A stretch of DNA of 27,521 nucleotides from Trichoplax adhaerens (GCF_000150275.1 NW_002060992.1:11655-39175); one strand, 5' to 3'; positions 1 through 13,092 are shown, numbered from the stretch's first letter. Numbers and translations are program-made. Notes: generated by a model from the sequence alone, not told the origin.

Positions 1-136
1 GAACATTTCCCGATAATTTACGATCTAACATAAGTAAGTTACAATTACAATTAGATGTTAACTAAATAAGGATGGGCTAATAATATTATCCTAACACAGA
101 TATTTCGACTCTAATACAATATATAACGCTATCACA

Positions 137-2286
137 TACACGTCTTACGAATACACTTAGATCCGGGTTTTTGTGTGTTTAATATAGTCTTAGAATTCGC
201 AGTTTAATACAGTATGTGAAATTACTGAGTACCGATTAGACCGATCAGTCTCGATCTTAGAGTATTATTTAGAGCAAATAATACAGCGAGATAAGTCATT
301 TTATCATTAGCTACTGTCTACTAGCACTTTAGTGTAGTTGTGATAAAATCCAATCACGAAAATTCCAAAGTTGTAGAAAATTAGAACTTTATCAGATCTA
401 ATAGAAAGACTAGCTACACACAACTCTGCTCTAGCCGAATACAACTATTGAAGGACTTCTAGAAAGAACGAACTGAATAGTCTAAAGTTGCCAGCTTATA
501 TTCATTTCGTAGCAGTCACAGCCACAATCAGCGTAGCAATATTCTCCCTTAATTTACACATAGTCAAATTATTATTAGTGACAACATTTTACAGCGGACC
601 ATCATTAATCCGATATGGAAACAACTACAGTATTTCCGTACATATTATTCTTAGCAGTCAAAGCACGGTAAACTAAGCATACCCTAATATATGAATTACA
701 GTTCTATTTTAGCTCTAGCCTTAATAGATCTCAACACCTTACTATATATAGTCATCTGTACTGTAGCATAGAATCTACCATTGCAGTCTATAGTAGAGAG
801 CTACAAAATACGTCTTAAGATAAATATAGAAAGTTACGTTTCCGTATATCTTACTAACATAGCTAAAAATCTACAATCACAGTACTAAGTTTCGTTACAG
901 TAATATATTACTGTTTACTACGCTAATTGATAGACTAAGTTTCTTGCCAAAGCTAGATAGGCTAGAATACTATCAGATATTTAATATACGCACAAATCGC
1001 TCGTACGTTCTATTATACCGAGTTTATATTATATACTCTTCTATAATAACTATAGTGCAATTAATACAACGATATTTATAGATATTGATCTTTTCTATAA
1101 ACAAAGCGATTACCAGTTCTAGACAATTAGAATATAATATAGTTACTTATAGTTTTTACTATATATTATACGATCTATTCTTGCTTAGTTTCTCTTATAA
1201 AAAGCGATAGAGGTGCCTATTAATCTCTACTACTTTATATAAACGCTATTAGTGATATAATTCACAACTTACTACGCTTAGACGAATTATAATCACGCTC
1301 GGGTACTATTCATAATGGCCAACGTAGCTTAAACTTAATACATTATAACTTCAGATGTAAGTGGATATCAAGTAATATGCCCAATAAATTTTAGACATAA
1401 ATATTACTAGACCCAATTTGGATCCGTATTTTAAACGCTTAATATAAATTATATAATTAGAGCTTAAACGCGACCGTTCACACAATATAGTACACGGATT
1501 CCGCTAGTACTAAATACAGTTGACATCAAAATTTATCAGAATACTGAACCTAAAATAATTGGCCGTATAATGTACAAAAATCATTTAAAATCGTTGATCT
1601 TCTCTTTGTAAGTTAATATCGTAAGAGACGATTTGTAATACTTACTTTGTATTGCACGCATTTATGCTTCGTTGTATCTTTAATAATAGCCTGCTGCAAT
1701 GTTTATGATATGTAATTTTAGTTATAGTATAATATGTTACAGTAGATACTTTTACTCGTATTTTAAAATAGATTGCCCTGTTAGAATATTTTATAGCATT
1801 GTATAGATGATTTTGGATAGTTAAACGAAGGATACTTTAAATACTCCAACAGTAACTATTTGAGCTTATAATTGTAGAATTTTTGACAAGATTTGACAAT
1901 CTATCACACTTTTTCTAATTTCATGCACTTTAAAACAACTTGGCCAAATTCGTAGGAAAATTTGAATGTTCTAGAGAAGAAATTGGTTAGAAATTAGATT
2001 AGATAGATGTCATAAATAAAATATTGAGGAAACCTATTAATACTTAAGCAACAGTGCTTACTATTTTTTAATCTCTTTTGTTTAGTATTATAAGTAAGTC
2101 GTAGATCTTATATCTAGGTACACTGAAAGATAGCTAAGTATCTATCTGATAGATATATTGCAGATAGTACTCTACATATTATCGGTCACTAAAGTCACAT
2201 TATCCGTGTAGCATCGTATTTCTTTTATTCAGTTATGCTCTGCCTTGGGCTATATTCAATCATATGTAATATTTGAATGCAAAAGA
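137..2286 (+). repeat. Segmental direct duplication, copy A (partner 5722-7325)
   Basis: Co-linear with 5722-7325 from 'acttagatccggg' (155 vs 5740) to 'tttgaatgcaaaaga' (2286 vs 7325). Near-identical from 900 onward, more mismatched in the first ~200 bp. Differs by a 561-bp insertion (339-899), a 30-bp indel and a 10-bp tandem duplication near 1885. Confidence 0.95.
339..899. mobile_element. Putative solo LTR (561 bp, TGTGAT...GTTACA) with near-perfect 5-bp target-site duplication
   Basis: Absent from duplicate B, whose empty site reads tttagt-ataat-atattac (~5913-5930). Termini are TG...CA, flanked by GTAGT (334-338) and GTAAT (900-904). No coding capacity. Confidence 0.7.
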
Positions 2287-3059
2287 TAGTTTCTATTACC
2301 ATTTTATGTAGTCAGATAATTCCTGTGTGATACATTATTAAATACATTGACTTCATATTATTCGATGATAATTACATATTAACTTCATGAGATATTGTGC
2401 CACATTAAAGATATTCGAGAAAGAGTCATATTCTGAGTAAATTTACGCTACAGTTATATTATAACTTTGAAAATTTAGACACAATAGCATTCAAACTTCT
2501 TCGTAATAATTTCTAATACAAGGATATAGAACGATATAGCATTTTTTTATAGATGAAACTTTAGTAATTCGATTTAATTTACTATGAAGTATAAGTTTAC
2601 TTTTAATTATTTATCGGTAGAAAATGAGTGAATTAATCCACAGTATTAATCCGGATTACTATAAAAAACATTTAGTACAAAATGCGTTAGTATCCAGCAT
2701 CGTTGATGCGAATATTATCGGAGTTAAAGTATTATACGCTAGTTCAATGTATGGTATATAAATCTTATCATGCTATCTATAATCGCTGTTATACATAAAC
2801 CATTGATCTTAGTGTTACGAAACTTCTATATTTAGATAATGCCATAGCTAGATGGGGAATTTTTCTTTACTTAGTACTATTCTGGTACCTTGCTGTAATA
2901 AGTTAAACAGTTGCAGACTGAAAACAGATAGTTCTTACTATTACTCGAAGAATCAAGTTTATTTGATGGACTGAACTTTGCAAGAAATACTAATTCTTGC
3001 TTAATATTTTGAGATATTTGTTATGATATGTTAACTAACAATAAGCTTTACTAATATGA

Positions 3060-5230
3060 GTAATTTGCTCTTTTATTTACATTTTGTGATGCGAACATCG
3101 TGGTTTAAAACGAAACTTGCGTTTCAGGTGGTAAGTCTCAAACATGCGTATGTGACTTTACTTTCATGATAATTTATTAGTTAAATTTATTTATCTTATC
3201 TCGATATCTCGGATATTATGAAATATCAAATACTATAATATCGTAATGAGCATGACAAATCGACTTTGCTATAAGATGACTTTTAAATGCAGAATTAAGA
3301 ACTAACTTAATGATACATTTTCTATCACTTAAATTGTAAAATGTCAATATTATGGCTCTGATAATTAGGCCAACTTCAGTGGGCGAGTCTCTAGTAATCA
3401 TATATGATTTTGTTTTCTTAATAATTTGAAAGTTAAATTTTATATATTATCTCATTATCTCAGATATTACAAGCTATCGAATACCATATATCGTGTTATG
3501 TGTGATAAATCAAATTTGCGATAAGATAACCTTTAAATACAGAACTAAGAACTGATTTTATTATGTATTTTCCATTTTGTGCACTGTGTAATCTTAACGT
3601 TACTACTCTAACGATTACACTGATTTCAGCTGATAAGTCTCGAACAATCATATACTCGTATATTTTATTTTCATGATATATTAATAGTTTGAATTTCGTA
3701 TTATCTGTGTGCTTCGCATATCATGAACTGTCAAATACTATAATATCGTAATGTGTATGATGTGTTAAACTTTACGATAAGATAACTTTTATATATAGAA
3801 CTAAGAACTGATTGAATTTTACATTTTCTATTATTTACGCTGTATGATGCTGACACTGTGATTGCGACGATTACTTCTATTACAGCGCGTAAGTTTCAAA
3901 CAGTTTTATAAGAATATGCGATTTGTTTTCTTGATATTTGCAAAGTTAAAATTTTTACTTTATTGCGATATCTTGAATATTATAAACTATTTAACGCTAT
4001 AATATCGTAACGTACATGATGTATTAAACTTTACAATAAGATAACGTCTATATACAAGCTAAGAACTGATTGAATTTACATTTTCTATTATTTACACTGT
4101 ATGATGCTGACGCTATGGCTGCAACGATTACTTCTATTACAGCGCGTAAGTTTCAAACAGTTTTATAAGAATATGCGATTTGTTTTCTTGATATTTGCAA
4201 AGTTAAATTTTTTATTTTATTGTAATGTCTTGAATATCGAATACTATAATATTACAGTATACATGATGTATTAAACTTCGATAAGATAACTTTTAAATAC
4301 AGAACTAAAAACTGATTGAATTTTACATTTTCTATTATTTACACTGTATGATGTTGACACTATGGCTGCGACGATTACTTCTATTACAGCGCGTAAGTTT
4401 CAAACAGTTTTATAAGAATATGTGATTTTTTCATGGTATCTTAATAGTTAATTTTTTGATGTTAGATTGCTGTAACGATTACTTCGAGTTCAGTACGAAG
4501 TCTCAGATAATATATAATCAAATATGATTTTGTTCTTAGGATAGATTTAAAGTTAAATTTGTTTAAAACATCTTGATATCCTGAATACTATGATTATAAT
4601 ATCGTAATGCGTGTAATATATGAACTTTAAAATAAGATAACTTTCAGATACAGAGCTAAGAACTGATTCGATTATATATTTTCGATCAGTTACTATGTAC
4701 GGTGTCAACACAATGGCTGTAACAATTACTTCGATTTTAGAGTGTAAATCTCAAAAAGTCACTTATGATTTTGTTTTATAAAGGTTTAATAGTTTAATAT
4801 GATTACATGATCTCAGTATCTCGGATATTATGTACCTAGTGAGCACCATAATATCGTAATATGTCTCACAAATCAACTTTGCCATAGGGTAACATTAATT
4901 ACAGAATTTAATAATCGATTTAATATTACATTTTCTATCATTTGCACTGTATGGTATCAACATCATGGCTCTAACGATATACACCAATTTCAGTTCGTAA
5001 GTCTAAGACAATCACATACTATTTTATTTCTCTAATAGTTTTATGGATAAATTTTTTTATATTAGCGATTATTAAATACAGAATTTGCACATTGATATAA
5101 TATACATTTATATCATTTAAACTGCCTGATATCAACATTATGGGTCTAGTGAGTTACTCCAATTTCAGTCCATAAGTCTAAGATAATCACATGCAAGTTT
5201 ACATCTAATATTTTTATAGCGAATTTCTTC
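3060..5230 (+). repeat. Tandem array 1 of ~250-bp unit (about 10 units, two shortened); each unit has YAG-NNN-GTAAGT-like motif
   Basis: Anchor motif recurs at 3125, 3377, 3627, 3883, 4140, 4387, 4491, 4738, 4991 and 5166. 'ataagataactttt...acagaactaagaactgattgaattttacattttcta' also recurs. Central units are near-identical; edge units are diverged. Confidence 0.93.
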
Positions 5231-5721
5231 TATATCAGCAATTATTAAAGACTCAAATGATAGACTTTACTAAAAAATAGCTTAACGACAAGATATTGTA
5301 ACATGTGAATTTATTTATCGACTTCATTATGCAGCATGCGTAAAACACATAGTTACCTACGATAACTGTAAGTGGCAGTATCAATATTCTTAGCTCGTAT
5401 CAAAAAGTGAGCTTTATGCTTTAGTGATTATTTATTAATTTAGATATGAAGTAATAAAGTTCTTGCAGAGATAGTGCAGACGAAATGTGTAATATATTAT
5501 ATATTTTATAGTGTACCTTACATAAATTATAGTATAATTTTTTGTGCATCGATATACCCTTATACATTTTGATAAATACAGTACTCTTAGTTTTTTCTAA
5601 AAAGTTAATTGTATAAATTTTTTTCCATTTTTAAAATACTATCGTGACCTATTTTATGGATAACTAGGCGAAGTCCTTGGATAGTTCGGTAAGAGATAAA
5701 TCTGAATTATACATAAAATAT

Positions 5722-7325
5722 TACACGTAGTACAAGTAAACTTAGATCCGGGTATTTGTGTGATTAATGTAGTCTTAGAATTCGCAGTTTAATACTGTAT
5801 GTGAAATTACTAAGTGCCGATTAGGGCTGTCAGTCTCGATCTTAGAGTATTATTTAGAACAAATAATACAGTGAGATAAGTCATTTTATCATTAGCTACT
5901 ATCTACTAGCGCTTTAGTATAATATATTACAGTAAACTACGCTAATTGATAGACTAAGCTTCTTGCCAAAGCTAGAGAGGCTAGAATACTATCAGATATT
6001 TAATATACGCACAAATCGCTCGTACATTCTATTATACCGAGTTTATATTATATACTCTTCTATAAGATAGAGAAGGTCTTCTCTATCTTCTATAATAACT
6101 ATAGTGCAATTAATGCAACGATATTTATAGATATTGATCTTTTCTATAAACAAAGCGATTACCAGTTCTAGACAATTAGAATATAATATAGTTACTTATA
6201 GTTTTTACTATATATTATACGATCTATTCTTGCTTAGTTTCTCTTATAAAAAGCGATAGAGGTGCCTATTAATCTCTACTACTTTATATAAACGCTATCA
6301 GTGATATAATTCACAACTTACTACGCTTAGACGAATTATAATCACGCTCGGGTACTATTCATAATGGCCAACGTAGCTTAAACTTAATACATTATAACTT
6401 CAGATGTAAGTGGATATCAAGTAATATGCCCAATAAATTTTAGACATAAATATTACTAGACCCAATTTGGATCCGTATTTTAAACGCTTAATATAAATTA
6501 TATAATTAGAGCTTAAACGCGACCATTCACACAATATAGTACACGGATTCCGCTAGTCCTAAATACAGTTGACATCAAAATTTATCAGAATACTGAACCT
6601 AAAATAATTGGCCGTATAATATACAAAAATCATTTAAAATCGTTGATCTTCTCTTTGTAAGCTAATATCGTAAGAGACGATTTGTAATACTTACTTTGTA
6701 TTGCACGCATTTATGCTTCGTTATATCTTTAACAATAGCCTGCTGCAATGTTTATGATATGTAATTTTAGTTATAGTATAATATGTTACAGTAGATACTT
6801 TTACTCGTATTTTAAAATAGATTGCCCTGTTAGAATATTTTATAGCATTGTATAGATGATTTTGGATAGTTAAACGAAGGATACTTTAAATACTCCAACA
6901 GTAACTATTTGAGCTTATAATTATAGAATTTTTGACAATCTATCACACTTTTTCTAATTTCATGCACTTTAAAACAACTTGGCCAAATTCGTAGGAAAAT
7001 TTGAATGTTCTAGAGAAGAAATTGGTTAGAAATTAGATTAGATAGATGTTATAAATAAAATATTGAGGAAACCTATTAATACTTAAGCAACAGTGCTTAC
7101 TATTTTTTAATCTCTTTTGTTTAGTATTATAAGTAAGTCGTAGATCTTATATCTAGGTACACTGAAAGATAGCTAAGTATCTATCTGATAGATATATTGC
7201 AGATAGTACTCTACATATTATCGGTCACTAAAGTCACATTATCCGTGTAGCATCGTATTTCTTTTATTCAGTTATGCTCTGCCTTGGGCTATATTCAATC
7301 ATATGTAATATTTGAATGCAAAAGA
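5722..7325 (+). repeat. Segmental direct duplication, copy B (partner 137-2286)
   Basis: See copy A. Lacks the 339-899 insertion, carries an extra 30-bp hairpin at 6064-6095 and runs directly into tandem array 2 at 'aagaatatgcg'. Confidence 0.95.
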
Positions 7326-8537
7326 ATATGCGATTTGTTTTCTTGATATTTACAAAATTAAATAATTTTTTACTTTATTACGATATCTTGAATGCTATAA
7401 ACTATTTAACACTATAATATCGTAACGTGTATAATGTATTTAGCTTTACGATAAGATAACTTTTATATACAAAGCAAAAAACTGATTGAATTTTACATTT
7501 TCTATTATTTACATTGTATGATGCTAACACTGTGACTGCGACGATAACTTCTATTACAGCGCGTAAGTTTCAAACAGTTTTATAAGAATATGCGACTTGT
7601 TTTCTTGATATTTGCAAAACTAAATAATTTTTTACTTTATTGCAATATCTTGAATACTATAATATCGTAACGTTTATGATGCATTCAATTTACTATAAGA
7701 TAAATTTTAGATACAGAACTAAGAACTGATTGAATTTTACATTTTCTATCATTTACGCTTTATGAAACTAACACTGTGACTGTGACGATAACTTCTATTA
7801 CAGCGCGTAAGTTTCAAACAGTTTTATAAGAATATGCGATTTGTTTTCTTGATATTTGCAAAGTTAAATTTTTTACTTTATTGCGATATCTTGAATATTA
7901 TAAACTATTTAACACTATAATATCGTAACGTGTATAATGTATTAAACTTTACAATAAGATAACGTCTATATACAAGCTAAGAACTGATTGAATTTTACAT
8001 TTTATATTATTTACACTGTATGATGCTAACACTGTGACTGCGACGAAAACTTCTATTACAGCGCGTAAGTTTCAAACAGTTTTATAAGAATATGCGATTT
8101 GTTTTCTTGATATTTGCAAAATTGAATAATTTTTTACTTTATTGCGATATCTTGAATATTGTGACTATCAAATACTATAATATTACAGTATGCCTGATGT
8201 ATTAAACTTTACGATAAGATAACTTTTATATACAGAACTAAGAACTGATTGAATTTTACATTTTATATTATTTACACTGTATGATGCTGACACTATGGCT
8301 ACAACGATTACTTCCATTACAGCGCGTAAGTTTCAAACAGTTTTATAAGAATATGCGATTTGTTTTCTTGATATTTGCAAAGTTAAATTTTATACTTTAT
8401 TGTGATATCTTGAATATTATGACTATCGAATACTGTAATATTACAGTATGCCTGATGTATTAAACTTTACGATAAGATAACTTATATATACAGAACTAAA
8501 AACTGATTGAATTTTACATATTCTATCATTCACACTG
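7321..8537 (+). repeat. Tandem array 2 of the same ~250-bp unit (~4.7 highly similar units)
   Basis: 'cagcgcgtaagtttcaaacagttttataagaatatgcg' at 7557, 7801, 8059 and 8320 (periods 244, 258, 261). Confidence 0.95.
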
Positions 8538-8548
8538 AGGGTGAATCA

Positions 8549-8648
8549 TTAAGTATAGATTACACAAATAAGGAGTTAAGCTACGGTCTAGTAGAAATTT
8601 ACTTTTACTAAGAATAGGCTATACCGTATTTAGAAGTAAAGACTACAA
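8549..8648 (+). repeat. Dispersed repeat fragment (second copy 16208-16307)
   Basis: 'gagtta.gctac..tctagt.gaaatt.acttttactaa.aatag.ctataccgtatttagaagtaaa.actacaa' is shared with 16232-16307. Confidence 0.8.
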
Positions 8649-11600
8649 GCGGCATTAGCTTACTTAGTTCACATCAAAAAAAGTGAATTTTATACTTAAT
8701 TACTTCTTAGACCTAAATCGACAAACTCAAAGAGTGTTTGTCTTACAGATATAAAGCGTCTTAACTTTGCTCTATTGCAAGATAAAACATAGTTAAAGTC
8801 TATAAGTCTAGCCTTTTAAACTTATATCAAGAGAAGTTATCTAACAAGAAATTTTAGAAAAATCTTCCTAGCTACAAAAATTGCAAAATAACTTAGATTA
8901 ATTAAGCTCCGCATTGAGTTCCCTTTATCTAAATCATTTAAGTCCAACGTAATAATGTACAATATTGTTTTCACGATTTTTATAATGATGTTCTTATTAT
9001 TTGTAAATTGTTTAGATATAAGCAGCAATCTATTAGCTTTCAGTTGGATAACACAATTTTGGTAGCTGCTAGTGGACTAAATTGGAAATGCAATTAGCGT
9101 TTAGGCTTCCAGAGTAGTTGAGAAGATTTGATACTTGTAGTCAGTGATAACAGAATAATCTAATTACAAACTAAGCTGAAATTAAAACTGAAAGCAAATT
9201 TGCTGTATTATGTCCCCATCAACTATGTCAATCAGCTTAAGTAGCTATAAGAATATATTTGCAGGATTTACATCAGTGATGGTGTTAAAAATTTGCAATA
9301 TCATTTCAAGTATAAGAAGTATCATACTAGTTTATTTTTTATCCATGAAAGCCTACGCATTTTTAATAAAATATAATTTTGCAAAAGTACTTATAACTGT
9401 GTTACTTATTTGGTATATGATTCATGCTCATAGAATATGTTGTATTTTATACAATAGTTTCTCTTACGAAATTGATCTAATCATTTATAACAAGTGATAA
9501 CTGAGTGTTATAACTGATGCATGCAGCATTTATTGCTAATATCACTTCGTACAGTACATAGTTTCCTGTTTTAAATTGAACATCAAAGGTTTACTGAAAA
9601 GTTTAATAGAGGTAACTGCTCATAATATTTCATACTTCATTAGTCAATGGCAAGCTGTTTCCTTTGATTTAGCCTGGGTAGAAAATTCAAGATCTACTCC
9701 TTTTCTCAATTATATTACTGCAGCTTAAACAAAAGAATATTTGAATTAAAAAGTAAAAATGATAGAGGTATTTGAGTAAACATTTCTTGTAATTAGATTT
9801 CTGTTATCTTCCCTAGTCTCCCTTACGCTAAACCCCAGTTTAGATGTAGGAGTAACAGAAATTTTTTAAGTTACTAAGGGAGCAATCGATGACTGCTCTA
9901 GTTACAAGTGGCATGGTTGGTTAAATACCCCGTAGCACCAAGCAACTTTCTCGCTTACTATTCATTTAAACTAACAAAATAATGTAACGATTTTGATATT
10001 AGTTACTATACGTCCATTGGAAGCCATTTGTGATATTCGATCATGTTTATAATAAATACTATAAAATGTACAATCTTCTATGCGAGCATCTACTTGATTT
10101 GGGGTTAAAGTTCCGGGTAGTCTTCCATATTTGATGCAAATTTATGAAAATTGATAAGTTGCAATAATTGAACTGGCTACAGTAACCTATTACGCTAAAT
10201 TATCAATATTGTATTATTAACAAGTACAAGAGGCCCTACACTTACTGTATTAATTCCTGCAACTAAAGTAAGAGATTATAGCGTAAAAGGATAGTCATCC
10301 AGTGACTATTACTAATGAATGCTTATCTTATTCTCTAATAAGTAATACGTATACTTAGGTATATTTTGAGAATACCGAGATCCATAATGTTTTACATTTT
10401 TATGAATAAGTGCACAGTTTTACAATACTATTAAGGTATTAATATTTATAATTAATGGTTGTATGAATAGTTACTTTAAATTGACTGATACTTTAATAAA
10501 ACTTAGGTTTAGTTTTGTCTAAGAAACTAGTGATAGTTACTGATTCTCCTGATAATGGCAAACTTTTAGTATTTACAGCAAGGACCTAATATATCAAGTT
10601 TAATAGCTATAATGATATAAAATAGACAAGTTGTGAAATCTACAGCATAACTGTAGAGGCTTCGATTAATTACTGCTGACATTATGGAATTTGAAAGTAT
10701 GATAATACTCGTATTAAACGGTGAAAACTAGATAGACTAAAGTAGTTACCTGCAGTTACACCAGAATCTGCATAATGCAGTTCTTTACTATTTTCTACCG
10801 TAATATAAGAAGTCCGAAAGCTATGGGAGAGTACAAAATTCTACAATGTAACTTTAATTGTAAAAACTTTAGTTGATTACACTAGCTACGAGATTTGAAA
10901 GTGTGATGGAGGGTTCGAAGAGTCAGATAATGTGGTTTTAGTTGCCATACAGAGAATTACACAAGGAGCTTAAGAAAAGAAGATACTTTATTGTAGATTG
11001 TAGTTAGGTACAGTGTGATAATTACGGTAGGTCAGCGTGGTAGCTGCCGTGAGTAAAGTGTGAATACTAACTGTGACTAATAATGCAACTTAAGAAATCT
11101 AAGGTAGAAAACGGCAGTATTTATAGCTATGGCATTAGAACACATGCAGAGAACATGATTGTAGGATTAGATACAACATATACCATAACAGGTTATAGAA
11201 TAGCAGATGATTGTAGAAAATAGCGAGGACTGTAATAACTAAATGTAGTAAGCCATATTTGAATGTAGAGCGAACAGACTGTATATATGTCTAAATATAA
11301 GATCAATACAATGTGTCTATATTTAAGAGTAGAATATAGTTCCAGTATATTCTAAATACACTACAGAAAGCATGGTATTACTTGTATAGTATAGTAATAA
11401 TTTCAAACACGCGATTAATATAATTAGTTAAAACACTCCATAAATTGCAAATAACTCTAGATTGTAGCTGCTCAACTTGATATCGATGGATTACTAAGCT
11501 AGCAGAGCTTGAGATACAACGACTGTGGTGGAGCTCACAAGTGCACAACACAACTCATTTTTATGCTAGACTATAACATTGATAGCGAACGCCGTATATA

Positions 11601-13092
11601 TCAAATGATAATATCCGAGATAAACAGACAATTGTACCTGAGAAATTGATAAGTATTCTAAGAATTGAAACGATTATAAATGTATACGTATATATGGCTA
11701 TTAAATTAGATTATTCTTGATTTGTACATAGTACTGGTCATGATATTTGCAGATGATAGGGTTCTGGCTTGAGTACCAATGAAGCTATTGTCCGCCATCA
11801 TGTTACCTATTGTAATCAATTTAGAACATCAACAATGCTGACCAATAAGATCGCAAAGAAATGATGTCATAGCCAACTATTTTATGGATCTGCCCGCGTC
11901 ATCAATTATTTTTCCAGCTATAATCTCGCGTTCTATTTCATTTCCCTGCTCATAATTATCGACTTAGTTTTATCGTATTCCATTGAATTAACTTCAATCC
12001 AGCTATGCGTTCAGGAAAGATTTATAGTTATCTTCTGATTGCATTTGCTTTTATCTAGTTTAGCTAGTGGTATTATTATTTTTGCTGGAAATACTTTAAA
12101 GTTAGACCGTATAAACTTGAGTGCCGCTCTGATTGATCCATCGCTTATGGGATTTTTCGTAAGTATTGCTATTTCAAATATTATGGATTAAAACAGTACA
12201 GTCGTTCGTTAACGGTTTACCTTTTCACACCTATAAGCTACTAAAGTTGGGTGGAAGCAGTTTTAAGATAAGATAAATTTAGCTTAAATACAATTACTAT
12301 TCAGATAGAATTCGATCAAATTAAGAAATTGTGATATTGATTAACTGATGAAGAATAATATAATTTACAGTTAAAGACGAAACGCTTCACTTAGGCTTAC
12401 AATGAAAATCTAGGCAAAAATTATTGAAATCTGTTTCTATTAGCTCCTTCCTAACTTTGAGTAATTTTTGTAGTGCATTAAAATATTCGCTATTTATGAC
12501 CGAGTTAATTGGAGAAAGAAAGATTTTGTAAAGTTACTTTTATCGAATTTGTCCCTTCTAAGATACTTAATTGATAAAAGATATTCTCAGCTGCAATTAA
12601 AGATCTCACGATCAACTTTGGTTGTGGTAATAAATTTAGATGATCTGATCAATTTTACTTTGATAAGCTCATTCAATTAGTGATTATATTATAGTGTTTG
12701 ATAATAGAAATGGGCTTAGGTTAAACAGATTTAAGCGAGAAGAGTTTATGCATTAAAATCAGTAATATCAGATCTATCAAGGTGATTTGCAGGGTGAAAA
12801 TATTTTCGGTTTATAATTCATAACAATGTGATTTATAGGATATGAGTCATAGATGAACGTTTTATTTTAGGCTCTAGCGAATTCCCTCTTTGTCGTAAAA
12901 TTAAGCCAGTTTTCAAGTACGTCACCATCCCAGGTAAGCTTGAGCTCCTTTTATGCCTTAATAATGATAAGTAAATGACATACTTAGGATTGAACATTTT
13001 ATTCGCTCACTTCTTTTTATACGCAAATTAAATTATAGGCATCTGGCATAGTAACCTTTGGAGTAATATGTATTGTGTCATGTCCTACTTAC

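Noticed and set aside
488-676. 62-aa ORF with TTG start
   Set aside because: Lies inside the solo-LTR-like insertion; no recognisable motif.
8281-8463. 60-aa ORF in array 2 (and 3216-3401 minus in array 1)
   Set aside because: Frame is not maintained across repeat units, whose lengths vary by non-multiples of 3. Chance ORFs.
3060-8537. CRISPR array interpretation of the tandem repeats
   Set aside because: Units are ~250 bp and homologous along their whole length with no unique spacers. The context is eukaryotic and there are no cas genes.
8837-9720. Short ORFs 8837-9028(-) and 9210-9497(+), plus a minus-strand LRKGVDLE...KETACH ankyrin-like snippet near 9650-9710
   Set aside because: AT-rich codon composition, in-frame stops and no supported splice structure; similarity too weak.
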